From Planctomycetota bacterium (GTDB lineage Bacteria > Planctomycetota > UBA1135 > UBA2386), in assembly GCA_965228735.1 (NCBI GenBank), contig OZ245838.1, forward strand, positions 7,104,001-7,168,000: a DNA stretch of 64,000 bases, written 5' to 3'. The notes beneath the pieces were generated by a model, which saw nothing but the letters and a program-made list of their open reading frames with translations, ran no database searches and had not been told where the DNA came from. The translations under genes and the position numbers were made by a program. Shown here in pieces: positions 9,401-19,453 of the stretch; the stretch's first letter is position 1, and the number at the start of each line of letters is the position of its first letter.

Positions 9401-12073
9401 TCAGCGTTTCGGTGGCTTCAGCGTCACGGTGATCTCGGTCGGAGTGCTGCCGTCGATGGTGCACTCCGCGTTGCCGAACGAGCGGAGGTCGTGCACGGTC
9501 ACATGGTAGTCGCCGGGCGGCAGGCCGTGCATCGTGAACGTGCGCCCGACGCACGTGCCTGGGAACGTCGTGCGAGCAGACGTCGAGTTCTTCGGCCTCA
9601 CGGCGACCTGCAGGGCCTCGGCATCGGACTCGCCGGTCACCGAGATGCGCAGCACTCCGGCGTCCGTCGGTCGCAGGTCGACCTCGTTGAGTTGGCCGCC
9701 GACGAGCTCGAGCTGCTCGTGGATCACCAGGCCGATAGTGCCGGGGAAGCTCCGCACCTGGATCCAGCAGGTGCCGGGCGCGAGGGCCTTGATGCGAAAG
9801 CGGCCTTGCTCGTCGGTGCGTTCCTCCGCTCGGTCGCGTTCGGTCGACACGGCGACGATGGCACGCGCGAGGGGCTGCCCGAGATGGTCGACCACGGTGC
9901 CGGCGAGCGTCGCGGCGGCCGGCACCTCGATGCGGCAGTCGGTTGCCTGCCCGGTCTCGATCGTGAGCGGACCGACGCTGTGTGACGGCCGACCTTCGGT
10001 TTCGACGAGCAGCGCGGCAGGACCGGCTGGCAGGTCGGCGAGGGTGAACGTGCCGTCCGCTGCGCTCGTCGCGCGGATGCGGGCGCCGTACTCGGTGTCG
10101 AAGTAATCCGGCGGCCGTTCCTCGGCGAAGTGCACGATGCGCGCGCCGGCGATCGGTTGGCCGTCCGCAGCCGCCACGACGGTGCCGCGGATCGAACCGC
10201 CGCGGACGAGACGAATCACGCAGTCGTCCGGGTCCGGATCGAGCGCCGCGACGACGCGGGGGTGGCGCGTCGGGGCGTAGCCGGACGCGGTGATCTCGAC
10301 CCCGCTGATCGCGCCGGCCGTGAACTGTTCGTTCTCGGTCACGAACACGCCGTCCGTGGTCTGGAACCGATAGCCCTCACGCACCCAGGTCGCGCTGTAC
10401 GACGAAACCGCCTCTTCGCCCGCCGCGACGGTGGCCTGGAACAGGTGGGCTCGGAAGTCGCGAACAGGCTCGCCGGTCGCGTCGTCGACGACCCGGCCGG
10501 CGAGTCGGGCCGCGTGCTGCACGACGATCCGCAGGTCGCCACGATCGACGGCGACGTCGCGCGTCAGCTGGCGTTTGATGCTCGAGCCGTACGCTTCGAG
10601 GTTCAGGACGCCGGCGGGCAGGCCTTCGAGGCGGAAGGAGCCGTCGGAGCCGGTCTGGCTGCGAATGTCGAGATACTCGCCGCGGTCGCTGCGATGCCGC
10701 GCGGAGTCGGGGCGACGCTGGAGCACCGACAGCAGGATGTCGGGTACGCCGTGCCCTTCGGCGTCGACGACGACGCCGGCCAGGAAGTGTCCCGCGCGCA
10801 GCTGCACGTCGACCGCGAGCTCGCTCCGATCTTCCGGCACCTCGAGCACGCGGGTGTCGGGAGCGAGACCTTCGCGGCTCGTGACGAGCGTTTGGGGACC
10901 CGGCTCGACCGCCGAGAACTCGAACGTGCCGTCGTCGTCCGAGACCGCGTCGAGCCGATTGTAGGCGTTCGGGCTGAAGCCGATGTAGAGCTCGGCGCCT
11001 GCGAGGGGGGCGCCGGTCGGGTCGAAGATCCGACCGTGCACCCGCACGCCGCGTCGCAGTTCGAGGACGTAGTCCGAGTCGGGTTGCTTGCCGTCGACCT
11101 GGGTCTTGGCCTCGACGTAGCCGTCCTTGCGCGCGAACAGCGAATGCGAGTTGCGCGCCGGATCCGCGTGCGTGATCTCGAAGCGGCCGGCGGCATCGCT
11201 CGTCGTCGGATCGTAGAGCGTGAAGAACGTCGCGACGGTTGCGCCCTCGACACCCGCGCCGTCTTCGTCGACGACCCGACCGCGGATCCGAAAACCGGGT
11301 GCCAGTCCGAAGTGGGCCTCCGCGGTGTCGCCGTCCAGGGTCAGGGTTTGGCGGGCGGTGGCGAAGCCGGGGGCGCCGGCTTCGACGCGCGTCCGGCCGT
11401 AGGGGTTGGCGACCGCGAACGCGAACGAGCCGTCCGCTTCGACCGGCCGCTTGTTGCGCACGGTGCCGACCCAGGCGTCTGGGATCGGTCGGCCGCTCTC
11501 GTCGTGGACCGTGCCGGTCACGGTGCAGTCGAGCGGCGAGACCCAGATCTCGAGATCCTGCGGCGGTGCGTCACCGCGCGGCACGAGCTCGGTCGAGCGG
11601 CGCGCCGTGTGTTCCGTCATGTCGCCGGCACCCGCGATCGTCACGGTGCCGATCGGCGGCGGCAGCGGCCATTCGAACGTGCCGTCGTCCGTGGTGGTGA
11701 TCGACCGTTCGTGGAGCGGCGCGCCATCGGTGGTGGCGCCGGCGTAGCAGCGCAGCTGGACGCGCGCACCCGGATAGCGAACGTTTCGGCGCTTCATCAC
11801 TTGGCCGCGGACGATCCACGTGTGGTGGGCGGGAACCGTTGGCGTCGGTCGGTCGCGTTGGATGCTGGCGGGCTTCGTCGTCGCGTCGTCGGCCGCGCTG
11901 GCGTGGGCGGTGGACGGTGCCGTCGGATCCGCGCCGCTTCGCGGGTCGGCATCCACCGGACCGCTTCGCGGCACGCCTGGTCCGGGGGCGATGGCGGCGT
12001 CGTCCCACAGCAGCCAGTAGCCGCAGCAGCACGCGGCGAGAACGGCGAGTGTCCCGAGCACGACCTTCTGCAT
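9401..12073 (-). CDS. Membrane-anchored carboxypeptidase-regulatory-like repeat protein
   Basis: N-terminal TM; about 7 GxVVDxxGxP..GA.V / SDxxGxF repeats. Confidence 0.85.
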   Translation of the reverse strand: MQKVVLGTLAVLAACCCGYWLLWDDAAIAPGPGVPRSGPVDADPRSGADPTAPSTAHASAADDATTKPASIQRDRPTPTVPAHHTWIVRGQVMKRRNVRYPGARVQLRCYAGATTDGAPLHERSITTTDDGTFEWPLPPPIGTVTIAGAGDMTEHTARRSTELVPRGDAPPQDLEIWVSPLDCTVTGTVHDESGRPIPDAWVGTVRNKRPVEADGSFAFAVANPYGRTRVEAGAPGFATARQTLTLDGDTAEAHFGLAPGFRIRGRVVDEDGAGVEGATVATFFTLYDPTTSDAAGRFEITHADPARNSHSLFARKDGYVEAKTQVDGKQPDSDYVLELRRGVRVHGRIFDPTGAPLAGAELYIGFSPNAYNRLDAVSDDDGTFEFSAVEPGPQTLVTSREGLAPDTRVLEVPEDRSELAVDVQLRAGHFLAGVVVDAEGHGVPDILLSVLQRRPDSARHRSDRGEYLDIRSQTGSDGSFRLEGLPAGVLNLEAYGSSIKRQLTRDVAVDRGDLRIVVQHAARLAGRVVDDATGEPVRDFRAHLFQATVAAGEEAVSSYSATWVREGYRFQTTDGVFVTENEQFTAGAISGVEITASGYAPTRHPRVVAALDPDPDDCVIRLVRGGSIRGTVVAAADGQPIAGARIVHFAEERPPDYFDTEYGARIRATSAADGTFTLADLPAGPAALLVETEGRPSHSVGPLTIETGQATDCRIEVPAAATLAGTVVDHLGQPLARAIVAVSTERDRAEERTDEQGRFRIKALAPGTCWIQVRSFPGTIGLVIHEQLELVGGQLNEVDLRPTDAGVLRISVTGESDAEALQVAVRPKNSTSARTTFPGTCVGRTFTMHGLPPGDYHVTVHDLRSFGNAECTIDGSTPTEITVTLKPPKR

Positions 12074-12543
12074 GGTTCGCGATGCTATCGAGACCGCGGC
12101 GCGGCGCTCGGATCGTGCGGCAGGCGCGAACGTGTCACAGAGGTATGGGATGCACGGCGACGAAACGCGCGCCGTCGGTCGGGGATTCGCGGTCGCGATC
12201 GGGCCGGATTCTGCAGGCCTCGCAAGCTTGTTACTCGGCGGTTCGCGGCGAACGCGTCGTGCGTGGAACGTGAGACGTCCACGTGGCCTGTGACGGGGGA
12301 CGACCGGCGGGTCGATGCCGTGACGGCCGCCGTGAGTCGGTCAGGCCGCGCCCATCGAGTCTTGCTGGTGCCGTTGGCACGGTATTTGGGCCCGGATCAG
12401 GCATTCGACCCGGCAAAAACTGTCGGATAACGTGCGGGAGCAGCGCCTGCCCCCGGCGTTCTTCCCTTCCCGTTAGTGAGTCCGGGTCTCCGGCAGGCGT
12501 TCGCTTCTGCCACCTCAGTTCCCAACCAAAGGAAGCTCGCACG

Positions 12544-13638
12544 ATGAGAACCTCCATGCTCTCCGTCCCCGCCTGCACCCTCCTGCTCGCATCCGCCGCG
12601 ACGGCGCAGTGGTCCGACAACTTCGACACCTACAACATCGGCACCGTGACCGGCCAGGGCGGCTGGGAGGAGTGGACCACGGGTGCCGAGGCCTACGTCA
12701 CGACGACGCAGTTCCGCAGTGCGCCCAACTCGCTCGCGATCGGCCAGGCGACGCCGACCGGCACGCTCGAGAGCGACGTGGTGCAGCAGTACTACAACAC
12801 CAACATGGCCGCGTACTCGACGGGCCACTGGGTCTACACCGCCTGGCAGTACATCCCGAGCTCGATGACGGGCACGACGTACTTCATCCTGCTCAACACC
12901 TACAACATCGGTGGGCCCTACAACTGGTCGGTGCAGGTCGAGTTCGACGCGCAGACGGGTGACGTCGAGATCGACGCGGGCGCGTCCAACAACGGCAACA
13001 CCGCGATCATCCTCGATCAGTGGGTGCGTCTCACGGTCCACATCGACCTCGACAACGACACCTGCCAGTTCTACTACGACGACAAGCCGCTCGGCCCTGA
13101 GTACCAGTGGTCCGGTGGCGTCTTCGGCCAGGGCGGCGGCAATCAGTGGCTCGGTGCGGTCGACCTCTACGGCAACACCGCGACGGACTGCTACTACGAC
13201 GACATGGAGGCGCGGTACTACGGCTACGAGCTGATCGGCCGCAACCCGCCGTCGTCGGTCGGTCCGATCCAGTTCACCGAGCTGCTGTCCGCGACCATCA
13301 CCAACGGCGCGTGGATCACGCAGTTCGACGGCCTGCCGGACGCGCCGTTCTTCCACGTCGTGAGCACCAACCGCACGACCTCGACGCTCGGGACGCTGCC
13401 GATCGACCTCACGCCGTTCGGCCTCACCGGCATGTGCGCCTACGTCAACACGGAGAGCGTGCTGTTCCAGCTCGGCACCCCGACCGGAACGACGTTCCAG
13501 GGGCAGTTCGCCGTCACGATCGGTGGCCCGCAGTTGCTCGGCACCAACCTCTACCAGCAGCTGCTCTACCTCGACAACGGCCTGAACCCGGCGGGCGCGG
13601 GCATGTCCGACGCCTACGGCACGCGCATCACGATGTAG
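12544..13638 (+). CDS. Secreted ConA/LamG-like protein with shared C-terminal module
   Basis: Signal peptide ending ATA-Q; DNFDTY..GQGGW and DQWVRLTVHIDLD..YYDD motifs. Confidence 0.8.
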   Translation: MRTSMLSVPACTLLLASAATAQWSDNFDTYNIGTVTGQGGWEEWTTGAEAYVTTTQFRSAPNSLAIGQATPTGTLESDVVQQYYNTNMAAYSTGHWVYTAWQYIPSSMTGTTYFILLNTYNIGGPYNWSVQVEFDAQTGDVEIDAGASNNGNTAIILDQWVRLTVHIDLDNDTCQFYYDDKPLGPEYQWSGGVFGQGGGNQWLGAVDLYGNTATDCYYDDMEARYYGYELIGRNPPSSVGPIQFTELLSATITNGAWITQFDGLPDAPFFHVVSTNRTTSTLGTLPIDLTPFGLTGMCAYVNTESVLFQLGTPTGTTFQGQFAVTIGGPQLLGTNLYQQLLYLDNGLNPAGAGMSDAYGTRITM

Positions 13639-13777
13639 CTGGCTGCCGGGCGCCGGCGCGCGTTCGCGAGGGGGAGAAAGACTCGCGGACGCGCTGCCTG
13701 GCGTTATTGCCGGCTCTCGGCATCGAGAACCGCGGAACCGGCTTTGCGCGGCTCCGCCGAGGGGTGATCGTGGGGGA

Positions 13778-15253
13778 ATGCATGCTCCCGCGGGAACCCT
13801 CGGCGTCGCGCTCGTGACGGGTGCCCTGACGTTCGGCACCCTGGCCGTCGAATCGCTGTCGGCCCAATCGTCGTGGCCGCAGTTTCGTGGCCCGAACTCT
13901 CGCGGTCACGCAGAGGGCGGCGGGGCGTTGCCGATCGAGCTGGACCCGAACGCTGCGTCGTGGCGGGTCGAGGTCGGTCCGGGGCACTCGTCGCCGTGCC
14001 TGACCGCGGACCGCGTGTTCCTGACGTCGGGTCGCGAGCGCGAGCTCACGACGACGTGTTTCGATCGCGGTACGGGCAGGACGCTGTGGACCCGCAGCGT
14101 GCAGGTCGAGGCCGCGGAGCGCACGCATCGCGTCAACTCGATCGCGTCGCCGACGCCGGCCACGGACGGTGAACGGGTCGTCGTCTACTTCGGCTCGTTC
14201 GGCCTCCTGTGCTTCGACCTCGACGGCGAGGAGTTGTGGCGCCGGGAGTTCGCAGAGCGGCGCAACACGTTCGGAACGGCAGCGTCACCCGTCTTCGCGA
14301 AGGGCCGCGTGCTCGTCGCGCGCGACACCCAGGACGAGTCCGAGCTGCTGGCGCTGGATCCGCGGACCGGCGAGGACGTCTGGCGCGTCGACCGCAGCGG
14401 CTTCCCGTCGGCGTGGTCGACGCCGGTCGTCTGGTCCAACGCCGGGGTCGACGAGGTGCTCGTGTACGGTGCGTTCAAGCTCACGGCCTACGCGTTGTCC
14501 GACGGGCGCGAGCGCTGGTCCGTGCCCGGCCTCGCCGACGAACCCGCGATCACGCCGGTGATCGGCGACGGCCTCGTCTACGTGACGTCGTACAACATGC
14601 GGACGAGCCCGGAGGCGATCGGGTTGCCGAAGTGGAAGGAGCTGCTCGAGCGCTACGACGACAACGGCAACGGCACGCTCGATCGCGAGGAGGCCGCGAA
14701 GAACGACAGCATCCTGTCGCGCAGCGACGCGGACGGCGAGGGCGACCACCCGCTGCGCGGGTTCTTCCGCTGGCTCGACGGCGACCGTGACGGTGAGCTC
14801 AGCGAGCAGGAGTGGCAGAAGATCGTCGCCTGGCTCGAGAGCTTCGAGCACAAGAACGCGCTCGTCGCGATCCGCCCCGGCGACGACGAGCGCGATGCGG
14901 AGATCGCATGGCAACATCCGCGCGGTGTTCCCGAGTGCCCGTCACCGCTCTACCACGACGGCGCGGTCTACCTCGTGAAGAACGGCGGCCTCGCGACGTG
15001 CGTCGATGCCAGGACGGGCAAGTCGCACTACACCGCCCGGCTCGGCGCGCGCGGCCCCCGCTACAGCTCGCCAGTGGTGGGCGACGGCAAGATCTACGCG
15101 GCGTCGGCGCGCGGTCAGATCACGGTCTACAAGGTCGGGCCGAAGCTCGAGGTGCTGGCGCAGAACGACCTCGGCGAGCGCATCATGGCCACGCCCGCGC
15201 TCGTGGACGGGCAAGTGTTCGTGCGCACGGAGCGGCACCTCTACTGCTTCTGA
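13778..15253 (+). CDS. PQQ-like/BamB-type beta-propeller protein with inserted EF-hands
   Basis: WPQFRGP, GHSSP, ASPTP, YSSP, MATPA and terminal HLYCF motifs; DDNGNGTLDREE and DGDRDGELSEQE loops. Confidence 0.9.
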   Translation: MHAPAGTLGVALVTGALTFGTLAVESLSAQSSWPQFRGPNSRGHAEGGGALPIELDPNAASWRVEVGPGHSSPCLTADRVFLTSGRERELTTTCFDRGTGRTLWTRSVQVEAAERTHRVNSIASPTPATDGERVVVYFGSFGLLCFDLDGEELWRREFAERRNTFGTAASPVFAKGRVLVARDTQDESELLALDPRTGEDVWRVDRSGFPSAWSTPVVWSNAGVDEVLVYGAFKLTAYALSDGRERWSVPGLADEPAITPVIGDGLVYVTSYNMRTSPEAIGLPKWKELLERYDDNGNGTLDREEAAKNDSILSRSDADGEGDHPLRGFFRWLDGDRDGELSEQEWQKIVAWLESFEHKNALVAIRPGDDERDAEIAWQHPRGVPECPSPLYHDGAVYLVKNGGLATCVDARTGKSHYTARLGARGPRYSSPVVGDGKIYAASARGQITVYKVGPKLEVLAQNDLGERIMATPALVDGQVFVRTERHLYCF

Positions 15254-15601
15254 GGTCTGCTGCGAGTCGAGTGCGCGCGGCGTGTGCGTCAGCGTTGCGG
15301 CTGGTCGACCTTGGCGAAGAGGGCAGCAGAGACGAAACGGCGCATGTCGGTTGGACGGCGATGGGGGTTGGTTCTTTCGAGCGCTCCGGGTTCTCGGCGT
15401 GAAACGATCTTGGCGTCGACGCCGCCCGTACTCGACGCGGGCCTTCTCGAGGTTCCTGGCCGTCGACCGCGAAAGCGAGAACCAGAACGACGGACGACCG
15501 GAGAATGGGGGCACGGTAGCGCGCGGGGACCCGCGGTGGCGGGGTTGCAACCGTGGTGCGATCGCGAGTCGGAGGCTTCCCGTCCGGTCGGGGTCGTTGG
15601 C

Positions 15602-16444
15602 TCAGCGCTTCTTCGCGGCTGGCTCGGGCTCGGTCCTGGCCTTCGACATCGCGATTCGGGTGAACTCGGCGAGGCCAGGCGGCTGCTGCATTGCGGCGTG
15701 GCGGGCTGCGTCGTTCGGCAGCTTGGTAAAGAAGTCTAGGCCCCGCGCGTAGTGCAGCCTCTTGCTGCGCCAGTGCATGGCTCGCAACATCCGCGTGTGA
15801 CCCGGCGAGTCGAAGTCCGCTTCGACTATCCGGCCTTCCACGAACACCGCGTAGCCCTCCACGAGAGCGCGCGCGACCCACTTGTCCGTGGCGGTCTCGG
15901 CGTTGATCAGTCGGGTCTTTAGCCCGAAGTGCTGCTCCTGCAGAATGTGCACGAGCTCATGTACGATCGTGCTGCTCGCCGGTCCGATGCGACGCTTGGC
16001 TTCGGTGTTGCGGCGAGCTTCGAGGAACTTGAACGCGGCGACCGGGCTGAGGACGGCGCCCTCGTCGGCGGACAGAAACAGCCCCAGTGTTGTCGCGATC
16101 GTCAGGTGCGGGTCGCGCGCATCGGGGATCTGGTGCTTGACGACGGCCGCCCAGCTGTCCTCGTTCGCGACCCGCACCCGGGGTGGCTTTGCGAACTCGA
16201 GCCCGGAACGGAGTTCCACTAGGGGGACCAGTCCGGAGACTGCCTTGTCGAACTCGGCTTGCGAGAACCAGTCCTTCGTCGGGGCGACGACCGCGGGGAA
16301 CGGTGGGCGTTCGGGCTTGGCCGCCGGCGTCCCCGATGCAGTTCCTGCCCGCGGCTCGGACCTGCGTTCCTGCGCAGGCAACGTCGCCGCGAGCAATGCG
16401 GTGCTCATCGCGAGGACTGCGGTTCGGGCATTCATGGTCAGCAT
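15602..16444 (-). CDS. Secreted putative zinc metallopeptidase (gluzincin-like)
   Basis: Signal peptide; HELVH followed by LVEGYA. Confidence 0.7.
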   Translation of the reverse strand: MLTMNARTAVLAMSTALLAATLPAQERRSEPRAGTASGTPAAKPERPPFPAVVAPTKDWFSQAEFDKAVSGLVPLVELRSGLEFAKPPRVRVANEDSWAAVVKHQIPDARDPHLTIATTLGLFLSADEGAVLSPVAAFKFLEARRNTEAKRRIGPASSTIVHELVHILQEQHFGLKTRLINAETATDKWVARALVEGYAVFVEGRIVEADFDSPGHTRMLRAMHWRSKRLHYARGLDFFTKLPNDAARHAAMQQPPGLAEFTRIAMSKARTEPEPAAKKR

Positions 16445-16585
16445 GCTACCACGCCGCGGGACAGGCCCGATCCCAACGCTCCGCGGCGCAGTCCACGTTC
16501 GGCCGGACCTTGGCCGGGGAGCCGCGGTCCTCGCGTCGGTGTTGATCGCGTGGCGCCGCTCCCGAGATCGCGATCGGTGTCGCGA

Positions 16586-17278
16586 TCACCGAGCGACGCA
16601 GTCGGCGAAGGTGGGTTCGCCGGGCAGTTCTGCGCATGCATACTCGAGGTGCACGATGCGGCGTTGCGTGTTCGTCTCGCATCGTGACGATGCGTGCAGG
16701 AGTAGTGGGCGCATCAAGAGTGCGCCGCCGGCCGGCACCGCGCTGGTCGCGGGAGTCGACGTCGCAATCGTGCTATTGATCTGGGAGCGGGACAGAACAC
16801 CGTGCCGATGGCTGCCCGGGATCACGCGCAGGGCGCCGCTCCGACTATCGGAGCCGTCGAGGTCGATGCGCACGGCGAGCACGCCCGCGAGTGCGGCGGT
16901 GGGAGGCTGCACGAACCAGGTCTCGCCCTTGCGCGACCAGGGGCCGTAGCCCGGCGCGTCGACCCGATCGCGTACGGGCACGACGAGATCCTGGTGCCAT
17001 CCGACGAGCCAGTTGGTGCGGGTGGACTTGGCGAACAGGGTGGCCCGATACGCGAAAGCCCGATCGCCGAGCGCGGATTCGGCGAGGTCGAGGACGGCCG
17101 GGTGCCGCGCGAGTCTCCGGATCCCGTCGATCCGAAGTGCGTCGCGCCGCCCCGGCCGTGGGCCGAGCCCCTCGACGAACACGTTCAGGAGGTCGGGCAG
17201 GGCTCCGGCTGGCAGCACGTTCGGGGCGATGCAGAACCCGTCGCGTTCGATGTCTGACTGCGGCTGCAAGTAGGACAC
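16586..17278 (-). CDS. Phytanoyl-CoA dioxygenase (PhyH) family protein
   Basis: WHQD, GALRVIPGSH, LLHASS and RRIVHLEY motifs. Confidence 0.9.
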   Translation of the reverse strand: MSYLQPQSDIERDGFCIAPNVLPAGALPDLLNVFVEGLGPRPGRRDALRIDGIRRLARHPAVLDLAESALGDRAFAYRATLFAKSTRTNWLVGWHQDLVVPVRDRVDAPGYGPWSRKGETWFVQPPTAALAGVLAVRIDLDGSDSRSGALRVIPGSHRHGVLSRSQINSTIATSTPATSAVPAGGALLMRPLLLHASSRCETNTQRRIVHLEYACAELPGEPTFADCVAR

Positions 17279-17325
17279 GATACTCGCGTTGCGAACGATT
17301 CGCCGCGGATCTACGCTCGCGACCC

Positions 17326-17757
17326 ATGCGTCATCGGCTCGGTCTCTTGGTCCTGCTGTTCGCGGTCGGGGGTGGATGTTCGGTGAACGACGGCGCGGCT
17401 TCGGGAGGGGCCGGGGCGCGTGGCGCGCGGCCGAGCCATCCCGAGGACATCTCGCTCGCAGAGGCGGATGCGTTGCTGGCGGGCGATGACGACGTGGTCG
17501 TGCTCGACATCCGCACCCCGCAGGAGTTCGCGTCGGGGCACATCCCCGGGGCAGTCATGCTCGACTGCAAGGCGGACGGCTTCGTCGAACAGCTCGGCAA
17601 GCTCGACCGCAGCAAGACCTACGTCGTGCATTGAGGCTCGGGCGGACGGAGCGGCCGTGCGCTGCCCACGCTTCGCGAACTCGGATTCGAAAACATCAAG
17701 CACCTGCCCGCGGGGATGAAGGGCTGGGAGAGCTCGGGGCGACCCGTCGCGAAGTAG
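17326..17757 (+). CDS. Rhodanese-domain lipoprotein, probable selenoprotein (TGA 17632-17634 = Sec)
   Basis: Lipobox-like GGGC; LDIRTPQEFASGHIPGA; YVVH-TGA-GSGGRS at the active-site Cys position. The frame continues through LGFENIKHLPAGMKGW to TAG 17755-17757. Confidence 0.85.
17640..17667 (+). promoter_or_regulatory. Candidate bacterial SECIS hairpin
   Basis: GGGCGG/CTGCCC lower stem, GCG 3' bulge, ACGG/CCGT upper stem, AGCGG loop starting 15 nt after the TGA. Confidence 0.5.
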
Positions 17758-17786
17758 CCGCCGCGAAGTAGCAACCGAGGATTCCC

Positions 17787-19337
17787 TCAGCCACGTAGGA
17801 AGGCGGCGTACTCCCGTTCGATCTTCTTCCAGGTGGCGTCGTCGCTACCGATCACCCTCTCGAGTGTCTGCGCGTGCACTTGGTCTAGGAACGCGGCCCG
17901 GTCGTCGGCGGCGGGGAGCTCCGCCGCGAACTTGGCCAGCGCCGAGAGGTAGCGCGGCAGGAAGTTCTCGAGCGCCGGGGTCCGGGTCTTGCTCAGCAGG
18001 AAGCTTACCGCGAGCTGACATTGGACGTCCCAGCGCTCCTTTCTGCGATGGAGGCGATTCGCCCAGGCAGTGAACTCCTGCCCGTCCAGCGTGAAAATCT
18101 GGCGCAGTGGCGTGAGCTTGCGCTGTCTTACGATCTCGCGGCCGTGATCGCGCGCGAAGTCGCTGCCATCGAACGTCACGTCCTGTTCGATTCGCGCGGC
18201 GTAATACAGCGTACGATGAAGGCCGTGCCGGAGCCAACTCGGCAGCGCGTGCCCGACGAGCGCGTTCTTGTCGTGCAGGTAGCCGTAGAACAGTGTCTCG
18301 CACGCCCTCCCGTAGACGATCGGATCGACTATTCCAGTATCGGTGATGACCGCTTCACCGAACCCGCTGGTGGGCGCGTGCCAATTGCAGAACGCCCGGC
18401 CCTGGTCGATCGCCCGGCAGATCCGCAGTGAGCTGCGGCGGACGTGCTCGTCGCTCAGGTCTCCCAGGAGGTCGTCGAGGTAGTCGAGGAACACTTCGAG
18501 GTCCGCGACGAACGGGTCGGGAGACGAACCACGTTGGCTGATGACGACGAGTCGTTTGGTGCGGTCGTATTCCCACGCGGGTCCCGTCTGCTTCTTGAGC
18601 GCCTTGGCCCATGCGGTCTCGAACCGCTTGCGCAGGGACTTCCGCTTCGAAGCCGGCAGCGCGAGCCAGGCAGCGAAGTGCTCCGGTTGGAGCTTCGCGC
18701 CCAGCCAGCGGTCGTCGGGGCTCGGGCGCCGTGGTCGCTGCGCGATCTGCCTGGTCTTCTCGACGACGTTCTGCCACAGCGACTCGAGTGCGGCCCGCTG
18801 GACCGTCTGTGCCGTGAGCTCGACAGCGATCGAATGGGCCTCGCGCTCGAACACACGGGCGCGGCGCGTGTAGCCGTCCCCGGGCTGTTCGATGACCCGG
18901 TAGTCGCGATACTCGCCGATCGGACTGTCCCCGGTTGCGGTCTCCTCGACGCGAAACTCCTTGCCGTTCGGCACTATGTCGGGCGTCGTCGCCTCGACGA
19001 ACTTCTCGTAGGTCGCGTGACCCGATCCTTCGGTGCTCAGGGAATACGGGTCGAGCGGGTCCGGGCTCGCGATTTCGCGGACCCGGTCGACATCGGCGGG
19101 GAGTACGATCACCCGAGCGAACGTGTGACCAAACCGTGGATCGGGTCCGTCGTCGACGAACGAGGCGGCGATCCACGGGGTGTCTTCGCGGCGGGGAACC
19201 TGCGTCCACGCTCCCGGAATCGTGATCGCGATGCCGAGCGTCGGGGCCTGCCAATCGAGCTTCTCGCGACGGCGCTGTGCACTCGCGTCCGTGACGAGAA
19301 GCCCGACGATCAGAGGCAAGACTGCGAGGTAGTTCAT
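17787..19337 (-). CDS. Secreted hypothetical protein with degenerate DUF1570/peptidase-MA-like C-terminus
   Basis: Signal peptide ending ASA-Q; LPSWLRHGL; no HExxH. Confidence 0.65.
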   Translation of the reverse strand: MNYLAVLPLIVGLLVTDASAQRRREKLDWQAPTLGIAITIPGAWTQVPRREDTPWIAASFVDDGPDPRFGHTFARVIVLPADVDRVREIASPDPLDPYSLSTEGSGHATYEKFVEATTPDIVPNGKEFRVEETATGDSPIGEYRDYRVIEQPGDGYTRRARVFEREAHSIAVELTAQTVQRAALESLWQNVVEKTRQIAQRPRRPSPDDRWLGAKLQPEHFAAWLALPASKRKSLRKRFETAWAKALKKQTGPAWEYDRTKRLVVISQRGSSPDPFVADLEVFLDYLDDLLGDLSDEHVRRSSLRICRAIDQGRAFCNWHAPTSGFGEAVITDTGIVDPIVYGRACETLFYGYLHDKNALVGHALPSWLRHGLHRTLYYAARIEQDVTFDGSDFARDHGREIVRQRKLTPLRQIFTLDGQEFTAWANRLHRRKERWDVQCQLAVSFLLSKTRTPALENFLPRYLSALAKFAAELPAADDRAAFLDQVHAQTLERVIGSDDATWKKIEREYAAFLRG

Positions 19338-19453
19338 GGGGATCCTGTTGTGCCGAGTGCGATTCGGTTGGCCCGATGTCGTTCGCCGATTCCAGCCGCA
19401 GAGTAATGGAGCGCGTCGATTCGTGCATGCCGCACTCGTTGAGGCCGGCGGGC

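Noticed and set aside
12074..12543. Riboswitch in a long divergent spacer
   Set aside because: No known aptamer consensus recognised; would need an Rfam search.
15251..15253. Readthrough of the PQQ-gene TGA
   Set aside because: HLYCF is the normal family C-terminus, and no domain continues downstream.
15254..15601. Gene relic or ncRNA in a 350-bp gap
   Set aside because: Only fragmentary protein-like frames; no recognisable RNA motif.
17632..17634. Genome-wide UGA reassignment (code 4/25)
   Set aside because: Many well-defined genes end in TGA, including ATGA overlaps; in-frame TGAs were found only at catalytic Cys positions.
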